Source of the DNA: Octopus sinensis
Lineage: Eukaryota
DNA: 64,000 nt
Assembly (NCBI RefSeq): GCF_006345805.1
Contig: NC_043008.1
Location: 51,770,001 to 51,834,000 of the forward strand
Direction: 5' to 3'
The translations under genes and the position numbers were made by a program. Below are positions 53,357-63,842 of this stretch, piece by piece (within the stretch, counting starts at the first letter, position 1; the number at the start of each line of letters is the position of its first letter). The notes below the pieces were generated by a model, which made no database searches, had not been told where the DNA came from, and saw nothing but the letters and a program-made list of their open reading frames with translations.

Positions 53357-54215
53357 CAGTGTGTGGTGAATAAACTGTCATCTAAATTACACAAAAATGA
53401 AAATAACACTAATATCTCATTGTAACTGATGTATTTACTAAAATTAGATAAAAAATATCTTGAAGTACTAAGGAGTAAATTCATTCAATAAAATCGTCAT
53501 TGGCTTCAACCTTGGCCTCCAGAGGACTTCAGAATCTCCTGCATATCTTCTGGATGGTCTCCTTGTTTAAGTTGGTGAATGCTGCCATAGTCCTAGCCTT
53601 TTCTTCATATTTGGTGTGACACAGAGTTTCTTGTTCAACACATAATAAAGAGGGTTGCAGTCTGGGGAGTTAGATAGCCAGATGTTAGGGGTGATGTGGT
53701 TGCAGAAATTATCTAACAGCCATGACTGGGTTCTCCTGCACGTGTGGCATGGTGCAGAGTCCTGTTGCCAGACATAGGATCTTCCCACACCACCCTCTTG
53801 ACCCAGGGCAGCATTACCTCCTTCAGACACTTGATGTAGCCCTTCATGTTGAGTGTGAGGTCATGTGGGAAGATGAATAGAGGCATAATGTTGTCATCAC
53901 AAGTGGTTACTCCAAACACAATTGTGTTGTGTAAATGTCTGATTTTTATCACTCTCAGTACATGGATTCAGATTGCACTGTCCTCAGATTGACACCCAAA
54001 CACTCTGAAATGTTTGTATCAGTGTAAAATATTTGTATCGCTTCTTGTGTGTTTCCAAATTTCTGGTAGAGTGAATTGTGCCATGGTGCTATTTTTCTCA
54101 CAGACAGTACCCAACTGACCCTACTGTATTGTGTAGTTGACAAAATCAAAAACAAACAATGCACATGCATGAAATTAAAAACAGGAAATGGTGACAATTT
54201 ACCCATCGCTCCCTG
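53357..54215 (-). mobile_element. Internally deleted Tc1/mariner-superfamily DD37D (maT-type) transposon
   Basis: TA-flanked imperfect TIRs CAG.G.G.G.TG..TAAA.TGTCA; WQQDSAPCH...W..NSPDCNPL(Y) with 37 residues between the second and third catalytic positions. Confidence 0.8.
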
Positions 54216-55049
54216 TATACACACACATATATATAACATAAATCAAAGTGGAGAACAGATATTTGTAGGTCAAATTCCTTTATCATGGGAATACAAAATG
54301 CATAAAAAGTTCATCAAGGTATCAGATTTCAAGCGCTCCAATATTGCAATCCAAAGAAAAGCATTAGTACAAAACCTTACAATCATTTTGGAGAATACGT
54401 TTGTATTGGGTGAATTTTCCAGCTAACACAAATAGTCACATTTCCCTCATCAGATGTACAAAAAATTGATTAAAATAGTTTTTAAATTTGAGAAAGTTTA
54501 AAATATCTCCTACTTACAGTACTTGAAATCATATCAGATGATGTTATTGTCCTTTTTAAAAATATTATAGTTTTTTAAAAGTTTGCAAGGATATAGAAAA
54601 AAGCATTGCGGAGTGAAAAAAGGTTGTGAAATAAGACATTTGTGTGAATGAAAATAAAAATAAATATATATTATATTTGTAAAAATCAAATGACGGATGC
54701 TATATTGGATAATAGAAAGGAAGACTTAAATCAAGTTAACCATTTAAATGAACTGTTGGATTGTTTATAATTAAAGATAGTTAAATAATTAAAAATAATT
54801 TAAAATAAGTTGAATCTATAGAATGTTGGTGGGAACAGTTTAAAAGTTCACATGATATTTATAATTTACAATGATTGCTGACTTATAACTTATATATATA
54901 AGGTTAATAAGTTCAAATACTAAGCTAAGCCTGTGAAGCACTGAGATGTCAAAGTATATAGAATTTTATGCTTACACTTTAAGTTAGTCATATCGAACGA
55001 GAGCGGAAAATTTTTTTTATTATTTTATTAAGGCAAGTCAATGTTCATA

Positions 55050-55817
55050 AGTTCAGATTCTATCCTTTCTACTCTTTAAAAAACTTAAACGTAGATAAAT
55101 ACTTATGCCTACATACATTATAATGCCTGAGATTTTATTAATTAAAATTTTCTTGCCTGTATGAAATATACGGATTGCTCACTTCCAGTATACCTTCTAT
55201 ATGGGGTGGTTTCTGACATGATTGACCAGTCTAATCTAAATTCCTTATTCCGCATTTTTAGTTTATTAATATACATAGCCAGTGCTGTTGCATTTTTGGT
55301 TTCTGGGTTTGAGAATGAGCTCATGTGTCTTCTATATCTCGTTTTAAAGTCTGTAGTAGTCCCTATGTATACTTTCTTAGGTTGGTTGGCTATTACAACC
55401 TCAGTCTTGTATACCACGTTTTTCCTAAGGGACATAAATTGCAGGCTTTATTCCTGTTATTCATCCCTGTGCATACTTTATATATGTTATTATTAACACT
55501 ACTCGTATTGGGGCTACCCTATTCCATATTCCCATTCCCAAGCTTAAATCTATTATTCCCTGCGAATATCAGTCATAAATTCGGTGTAGTTGAGTATAAG
55601 AGTTTTAGACAGGAGATCTATTAAAAATAGAGCAGTATTTGTGGCCCACAGGAAAATTCTTATCGACAATACTAAAAAACATTTTTGGGAGATTTTTAAC
55701 CTGAAGGGAGAAAGCGGAGTTAAACCATATAACTTCCCGTATTCTCACTGTTTTACTTCCAGTTTGCCACTGTTTATTATTATTTTTTATTACTACTACT
55801 ACTACTACTACTACTAT

Positions 55818-55864
<47 letters not shown>

Positions 55865-56200
55865 TACATGTTAGGATACCTAGGAAATCTCCTAAAATGA
55901 TAGGAGTCATGTTGTTCAGGAGGGTTATTTACATGCAAGATATCAATACCGGATTCCACTAGATTTGGAAAAAGTTTACTTAATCTGTATATGAATAGGA
56001 TACATTTAAAATAGTATATATCTTCTTTAAAACTGCTATTCCTCAAAGCTGCGTTAACAATAGGCACCACATTGTTAAAAACTATTTGGTTTGCCAACAA
56101 ATTAGATAACCTAATTGAAATCCCCCTAATCAATCCATTGATGATACTTTGTGGGTGGTTAGATAGTGTATGAATGTATTAGATTGTTTTATTCAGCTTA
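55050..56200 (-). mobile_element. Penelope-like element 3' part (RT thumb + GIY-YIG)
   Basis: SNHPQSII, VIWFNSAFS, VYIGTTTDFKTRYRRHMSSF..ATALAMYI..WSI. Confidence 0.8.
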
Positions 56201-56746
56201 TAAGTAGGGATAAAATAGCTCATTATCCAAATTTTATTCATCACTTTCAATTTTCTCCTAGGAATAACTAATTAAACGAATTCCGCTGTATGTTTTTAAA
56301 ATTCATTTTATTTTATTTCATTTTAAAAAACTGCTTTTTCCAAAATTAAGTCCATAGGCCAAAATACAGACTTAAATAAATTTGTTTAAATAACTTTTTT
56401 TTTCTGAAAATAATAAAAATTACTGGGGCTAAACACGAAAAGAGTTTCTGAATATAAGCCCACAGACAAAAAACTGGATGGGCTTATTTTTGGAAAAATC
56501 CAGCAATGTTTTTATAATTTTTGTTTTAATAAAATATAGTAAATTTCCAAAATGTTGTTCTTAGCTGTAATACTTTAAGTACAGTAGAATTTTAATTTTA
56601 AGTACATTTAGAGGTGACAAAGTGGGCAAATTCCACTGTAGAAATCTTGTTCTGTATTTTCCCAGGCGTAATAACTAAAGAATTCTAACATGCATACACC
56701 TGCATTTTTCATTGTAATATATATGTATATGTCATCACCATGAACA

Positions 56747-58140
56747 TCATCATTTAATGTCCATTGTCCATGCTGGGATGTGTTGGACGGTTTGACAAGG
56801 CTGGTATACTGGAAGGCTGCAACTAATTCCAGTCTGATTTGGCATGATTTTCTATGGTTGGATGCCCTTCCTAATGCCAACAACGCCAAGAGTGTAATGG
56901 GTGCTTTTATGTGTCACTGGCATGTGTGCCAATTTGTGAGACACCAGTATCTGCCACAACTGCAATTTTGCTTGGCTTGATGGTTCTTCTTCTCAAGTAC
57001 AACATAATGCCAAAGATCTTGATCATTGCCTCCATGAAACCCAACACTCAAAAGGAACTCAGCCACTTTGCCTCCGTGAGGCTCAATGCTCAAAATGAAC
57101 TCAGTCACTTTACCCCTGTGAGGCCCAATCTTTAAAAATGTTCTTTACGTGCCATCAGCATGGCCCTGTCTATCACATCATTTGATTACCACATTACCCT
57201 AGGTCTGGATGGGACTTAGGGTTAGGGTTTGGTCTGTGGCATTCAGCAAGCTGTCCCTCAGGAATTCCCAGTTGCCCTCAAGTCTGTATCTCCTCCTCCC
57301 TTTCATCAAACTTCTCAATTAAGACGTCCCTAAATTTCTGACCATATGAAGGGCCCTTAAACTTCCAAATTCCTCTTTTCCAGATTGATTTACTTCTTGG
57401 CTTTCTTCTGGCCTGGAGTCTAAAGTCACTAATGACTAGTCTATGCTGGGGAGTACATTCTTCTCCAGGAAGGGTCTTTGTATTTAGGAGCAACCATGCA
57501 TCCCACTGTTTGGTGAGAATCTAATCGATCTGGTTAGCACAGACACCTGATTGATAGGTTATTAGGAGGCAGGCTGGCTTCCTGATGTTTGTGTTGCAAA
57601 TCAAAAGGTTATTTGCATCACAGAACTCCAGTAGCCTTGTCCCTCTTTGCTTTGGGAGCCAAATCCATAGCCCCCATGCACACCATAGAAGATACCAGGC
57701 TGTTGTCGAGCATGCCTGCGGAAATTCCCGGCCATAAAGAGGAGATCATTGTAATTTGTATCTAAAGTAGCCTGTAGAAGAATGTCATAAAAGTGTTTTT
57801 CTGTTCATTTGGTAGGCCCGCTTGATGGGCATAGGCAGAGATAATTGTCATTATACTATACTGTAAGACTAGCCTAAGCTTAAGCACTCTATCACCCACT
57901 CTGATTACCTCTATAACCTTATCCATCCATTTCTCTGCAAGAAGTATGACACGCCACCTACTCCGTCACTGTTACCTTCCCAAAAGATTTTATACTTATA
58001 TATCTTGCCTGTGAGGAACCTGGCTGAAGCTCCTCTTCACCTTATCTCTTCGATGCAACATTCATCAACACGCCTCTGTTCAAGCATCTCAACAATCTTG
58101 CTAGACCTACCTCTCAGTGTGCCTACATTGATAGTGCCAA
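56747..58140 (-). mobile_element. RTE derivative: APE region fused directly to 3' UTR (RT missing)
   Basis: TINVGTLRGRSSKIV, GEECTPQHRLVISD at 57170-58140; 3' UTR and (GAT)n tail at 56747-57165. Confidence 0.75.
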
Positions 58141-58658
58141 ATCAGAAAACTAGGAAACGGACGTGGGCAGGAACATGGAAAGAAGTGATTTTATTCAGCA
58201 CCTGAATATATATATTTAAAAATCAAAAAGAGTAGTATAAAATATGGATTCAGAGAAGCTTGTAGATATCACAGTAAGCTCTTCCTACAGTCTTGGCTAT
58301 CAGTTCATGTCGAGATCAATTACAAAACTTATGACATAAAGTTTCTGTGTAACTGGAAAGCCTGAAAATCCGAGTGATAAATTATTCTGTGAGGAGAATA
58401 TGAACCACGAAAGTCAGATGGTGTGAGAGGTGAATATCAATTAATTTAACTGCCTGATGACCAAAGAATTCTGGATGTTTTGCTACCTTCTTCATGTAGT
58501 ATTAATATGTATACTCCATATTACACAATACAATCATATATTCACAAATTAATGCATCTAAACAGAGCTAGCTTATCAGATCACCAGAACCTCATATTTA
58601 TATTGTTCACAGAAAATTCTCTCTTTAGATATGGAAAGTCTGAACTGGAAAAAAATTA

Positions 58659-60335
58659 TTGGGTCATTCCATAGATAACACAATTCTTATACACTTCTTT
58701 TATCTTTCAAAATTGAGATAAACAAAGTTCTTTTTTACTTAAAATATAGTCTCGTTCATATTCTACAATTCTCTTCCATCTATCTAGTACACTTGCAAGG
58801 CCCCTCTTCCAAAATTCACTTGTCCGTGATGAAAAGTACTCCTCCCTCGTACTGTTTTGACCTTGTCTACAAAATTCATATTTTTTCCATCCAAATGATT
58901 TTAAAAACTGCAGAATAACTGTTAATCAGATAGGGCAATGTCTGGCAAATATGAAGGGTGGGGCATCATTTCCTATTCACACTGCTTCAGCCTTTGGAAT
59001 GTCATTCTTAGCTGATCACAGTAGATCTCCTTTGTTATCATTTGGTTTGGGGTTTAAAAGTTCAAAGTAGACTAACCTTTCATATCCCACCAAACAAATA
59101 ACAACACCTTACGTGTGTGAAGATTTTCCTTAGCCTGGGGTCCCACTGTTTCTCCTTTCCCTACCCACATTCTTCAGCTTTTGACATTTTTATAGAGTAC
59201 TCATTTCTCATCACCAGTCACTATTCGATCAAAAAAAAGGTCCATTTGTGATATGTGACAGTAAAGAAGAGTACACATTCACTCTCTGCATGTGATTAGA
59301 CTTGGAATGTTTATGAGGAACTCCTTGACCCAATTTGCTGACTTTTTCAATGGCATGCAGCAGTTGATGAATAGCTGAATGACCAAATCCAAGCTTCTCT
59401 GCTAGTTTCTCAACAGTTACAATGGGATTTTGTTCCACCAGGGTTTGTAGGATGTTCTCGTGAAGCTCTACAGATTTTCCAAGATGTGGAAAATCGAAAT
59501 CGATCAACATCAATGGAAATTGCAGCTGTGATACTAGTGACGGTGAAACGTAAGAGAACCATCTGTGGCGTGGCCAGCCAGCACCGCCTTGACTGGCCTC
59601 GTGCTGGTGGCACGTAAAAAGCACCATCCGTTTGTGGCCGTTGCCAGCCTCACCCGGCCCCCGTGCCAGTGGCACGTAAAAAGCACCATCCAATCGTGGC
59701 CATTTGCCAGACTCGCCTGGCCCTCGTGCCGGTGGCACGTAAAAAGCACCATCCGATCGTGGCTGATTGCCAGACTCGTCTGGCACCTGTGCCGGTGGCA
59801 TGTAAAAAGCACCCACTACCCTCAGAGTGGTTGGCGTTAGGAAAGGCATCCAGCCGTAGAAACATTGCCAGATCAGACTGGGCCTGGCGCAGCCTTCTGG
59901 CTTCTCAGACCCCAGTTGAACCGTTCAACCCATGCTAGCATGGAAAGCGGATGCTAAACGATGATGATGTGGCTCATCTTCTAGGTTGTTGTTCCAAGCT
60001 CAGAATTTCTGGAACTACTGCTGACATTGGCTTATGCATATTGTCCAATCACCATATGTTGCATTAATATTCTTCACATTTTCACTGCATTGTTGCCTTT
60101 ACGTAACTCATAAAACAAAATATGCCAAATATGCTCCTTTGTCACTTCCATTTTAGCTTTGAAGAAATAACTGCTAAAATCGAACTGCACTCTTCAAAAC
60201 TTGTACTAAGAATAAGTATACGGTAAAATTACTCCCTGCTTTTATAGCATGTTGATGCAGGTAGTTTATCCTGCCCCCTCTGACTTTTAGTTCATGCAAT
60301 TTTAAAAAAACCACATAATTTATGGTATGACTCAA
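58659..60335 (-). mobile_element. Degenerate mariner element, interrupted by an RTE 3' fragment (59490-59969)
   Basis: TA-flanked TIRs TTG(G/A)GTCAT.CCATA; motifs GQGVPHK (WVPHEL), IVTGDEK, HPSYLPDIALSD (YSPDLAPSD). Confidence 0.85.
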
Positions 60336-60563
60336 TACTTTGTTCTGGTCAGTAAAAGGTAAACAACAGAACAAGGACATACTGTGGTGCTATTCATTAT
60401 AGAAAAATTTTAGAAATTTTTACTACCAGTGGTCTATCATGTAGAAAAATTAGTCAATAGACTATATATTATTCATATAGAGTGTACATTTAAATACACT
60501 AAGCCACTGGTAGTAAAAATTTCTAAAATATTTTCTCACCCTGATATTATTAATTATATACAT

Positions 60564-60618
<55 letters not shown>

Positions 60619-60691
60619 CACACACACACATACATATACATACATACATATATATATATATCTAATATATATATATATATCTATATACATA

Positions 60692-60734
<43 letters not shown>

Positions 60735-60875
60735 TATGCATACACACAAACACACACACATACATATATATATTAATAATAATAATATGACAACAAAAGA
60801 ATGAATGAGATCTCGATATTGTGTAAATAGAAGAATTTATCTATAATGTAATATGTGACAATTAGTCGGTTGCCA

Positions 60876-60938
60876 TAATAAAACTCCGAGTTTCAGATGT
60901 TGGGGCAGAACTCTACTCAGGCATCTCGTCAGTTATTA
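60876..60938 (-). ncRNA. Type I hammerhead ribozyme (antisense partner)
   Basis: Minus: TAATAA-CTGACGA-GATG...CATC(T)-GAAACT(CGG)AGTT^TTATTA. Confidence 0.6.
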
Positions 60939-60963
60939 AGACAAACAGCATTTTTGTTTGTCT

Positions 60964-61026
60964 TAATAACTGATGAGATGCCTAAGCGGGGTTCTGCACT
61001 GACATCCGAAACTTGGAGTTTTATTA
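60964..61026 (+). ncRNA. Type I hammerhead ribozyme (sense to host gene)
   Basis: TAATAA-CTGATGA-GATG...CATC(C)-GAAACT(TGG)AGTT^TTATTA; 6-bp stem I, GUU triplet. Confidence 0.65.
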
Positions 61027-61083
61027 TGGCAACCAACTGATTGACAAATATTACATTATATATATATCTTTTGTCTATTGCAG

Positions 61084-61282
61084 ATGTATGATGCTCAGAA
61101 ATAGAAGAAGCAGAAGTAATGCATCAACACTTCAAGATGTGGATGAAGATAACTGTATTTCTATGCAAAATAGTACTCCAGTTCATATCAGTGAACCCAG
61201 TCGAAGATTAACATCTTCACAGCCTAACTCTCTAGACGTTAATGAAGATACATATTGCACCATACCAGAACATCCTATTTAG
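61084..61282 (+). CDS. Terminal exon h; cytoplasmic tail with basic stop-transfer cluster and Tyr motif
   Basis: ttttgtctattgcag acceptor, phase 2; (R)CMMLRNRRSRS...NEDTYCTIPEHPI-TAG; the 8 exons sum to 1062 nt with no internal stop. Confidence 0.8.
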
Positions 61283-61552
61283 AGTTAATCTCTGAAGGTC
61301 CATATAAAAAACAGTGATTCAAGAACAGGAAGGTCAGCTAGAATCCATGATAGTGAGGTATATGCAGAACCTTCATGAAAAGAACTCCTCAGCCTGTTGA
61401 TAATCCTGAAACTAAGCAACCTTATTTACAACTAATCAAACATATGAAGATAAAATTTCAATATTTAGCAGTTGGGTGCTTTTTTTAATTTCAGAAACTA
61501 TCTTACTTTTCAGTTAGTAATAATTAACTCCAAGAAAGTTTGAAAAATATAC

Positions 61553-61788
61553 CTATCTTTACTACCCACAAGGGGCTAAACACAGAGAGGACAAACAAGG
61601 ACAGTCAAACGGATTAAGTAGGTTATATCGACCCCAGTGCGTAACTGGTACTTATTTAATCGACCTCGAAAGGATGAAAGGCAAAGTCGACCTCGGCGGA
61701 ATTTGAACTCAGAACGTTTGCAGCAGACGAAATACCACTAAGCATTTCGCCCGGCGTGCTAACGATTCTGCCAGCTCTCCGCCTTCAA
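61553..61788 (-). mobile_element. Young tRNA-derived SINE with 14-bp TSD and Tx1/L1-like 3' tail
   Basis: TSD TTTGAAAAATATAC at 61539-61552 and 61789-61802; CpG-rich head GGCGGAGAGCTGGCAGAA, B-box GAGTTCAAATTCC; absent from the paralogous block at 63494-63780. Confidence 0.9.
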
Positions 61789-61865
61789 TTTGAAAAATAT
61801 ACAACTTAATGAATAATTTTAAAATAGTATATTGAATAATTCCTCATTATTTTTAACTTAAAAAG

Positions 61866-61888
61866 AATAAAAGCAATTTTTTAATAAA
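61866..61888 (+). promoter_or_regulatory. Candidate polyadenylation signals (two AATAAA) for the membrane-protein gene
   Basis: AATAAA at ~61866 and ~61883, about 600 nt after the stop; AT-rich context makes chance occurrence likely. Confidence 0.3.
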
Positions 61889-61895
61889 GTTTCCC

Positions 61896-61926
<31 letters not shown>

Positions 61927-61932
61927 TATTAT

Positions 61933-61973
<41 letters not shown>

Positions 61974-61974
61974 T

Positions 61975-63491
61975 TTATGGTTTCTTTCCATTATAACTTT
62001 ATTTCAGCTACCTTAGTACCAGGCATCCTCTAGAGGCCAAGAGTAGCAAAGGCACTTTTGTTTTGCTATGCATGCTGAAATTATCACCACGTTTATTCCA
62101 TTTTAAATGGAGAGTGCTGTACCCATCAAAGTTATCTTTTGGAAATTGGAGTTGCCAGGAAGTTGCTTAATATACTTCTCAGCTCCCTTCTTTATCATTC
62201 CCAATGCACCAATTACTACTGGTATTATCATTGTACTCAGCTTCCACATTTTTGTGATTTCAATTTGCAGATCTTTATAGTGAGAAAGCTTTTCATATTC
62301 CTTTCTTGAGATATTTTGATCTTGTGGGACAGACATATCTATTAACAGACAAGTTCCTCTGTTGTAGTCCTTCATCACAATGTCTGGTCAATTGGAGTCA
62401 ATTTCTCTGTCTGTTTGTATTGAGAAGTTCCAAAAGATAGTGATGCCCATGCCATTTACTACATCCTCAGAATGGTGCCTGTACCACTTATCATGGGATT
62501 TAATTTTGTAGTATTTACAAGCATTCCAGTGGACGTACTGCCATAGTCCGTCATGTCTTATGAGATACTCCTTTTTAGCAATGACTGGGCAACCAGAAAC
62601 AATTGTCTCTGCGAACTTTCTGAAAATTCTGCATGAGATACAGATCCATCTTTAAGGATGTTTGCATGATAATTTCTGATAGGTAAGCCCTTATCTTGTG
62701 CTGCAATAACAAAACCTTCTGTTTCCCTTTCAGACCTGTCCCTTGTAGCCGTTGGTGTTAGGTTTTGATCAGTATCTGGCTTAGACAAGCGGTTAGGGTA
62801 TTTTCCATGCAGGAGTTTGCCTTTCCAGTTGTCTTCGATATTATTGATGCAATCCTTCTTTGTTTTTTGTTTGATGGTTTTTGCATCAGTGATAGGTTTG
62901 TCAGTATTTGGATCTCATTGGTCTTTTTAATTATTAATTTCTAAATCAGGAGAAGCAATGGTAGGTCTGTCAGTATTTGGGTTTCTTTGGTCATTCTTAT
63001 TGTTAACCTGTAGGCCAAGAGACTTTTTAAAATTTCTTACTAAGATTCATGACTGAAGCTTGCTTGGAATCTTCATGCTTCAGTGCAGTTCATAAGAGCA
63101 CATCTCTTGTTGTATTAAGGTTTATGCTTGTCAATGCCTATCATTGCTGATTTAAAGGATAGTTTGAACTGTATCAGGTCCCTTCCACCTATTTTTCTTG
63201 AGAGATAAATCCTGTTTACATCTGATTTTGGATGGTGCATTCAGTACCTTGTAAGGATTTTACAGATCTTTCCATCCATATTCTGCATGTCAGTGAGACT
63301 TCACTTAATGATGCTGAAACTGTATGAGGTTACTGGTGTGGCCAAGGAATTGATAGCATTAATTCTGTTAGCAGCATTTAATTCTGAGTTTAGGACCATT
63401 CTTACCCTTCAGTAGCATTGCTTGTGGATCTTTTCTTTCATTTTAGTGTGCTGGATAGCATCACCTTCATTGGTTCCCAAATATTTGTATA
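61975..63491 (-). mobile_element. Degenerate 5'-truncated R4/Dong-clade element, 3' end next to (TAA)n/(TAC)n
   Basis: YKYLG, NRINAINSLA, ETEGFVIAAQD, PDIVMKD, LIDMSVPQDQNI..KE.EKL.HYKDL..EI..MW, IPVVIGALG. Confidence 0.85.
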
Positions 63492-63493
63492 CA

Positions 63494-63780
63494 GAAAGGT
63501 CAGCTGGAATCCATGATAGTGAGTTATATGCGGAACCTACATAAAAAGAACTCCTCAGTCTGTTGATAATCCTGATACAAAGCAACCTTACTTACAACTA
63601 ATCAAATATATATGAATATAAGATTTCAATATTTAGCAATTTGGTATATTTTTTTTATTTCAGAAACTATATCTTACTTTTCAGTCAGTAACATCAACTC
63701 CAAGAAAATTTGAAAAATATACCACATAATGAATAATTTCTAAATAATATATTGAATAAATCCTCATTATTTTTAACTTA
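63494..63780 (+). repeat. Diverged duplicate of 61328-61860 (host gene 3' region, without the SINE)
   Basis: Colinear match AGGTCAGCT.GAATCCATGATAGTGAG...TCCTCATTATTTTTAACTTA. Confidence 0.9.
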
Positions 63781-63807
63781 TTCTTGTTGTTGTTGTTGTT
63801 GTTGTTA

Positions 63808-63839
<32 letters not shown>

Positions 63840-63842
<3 letters not shown>

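Larger units (their letters stand above)
60842..61060. repeat. Fold-back palindrome, ~106-bp arms, 7-nt loop, each arm a hammerhead
   Basis: 60842-60947 is the reverse complement of 60955-61060. Confidence 0.9.
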
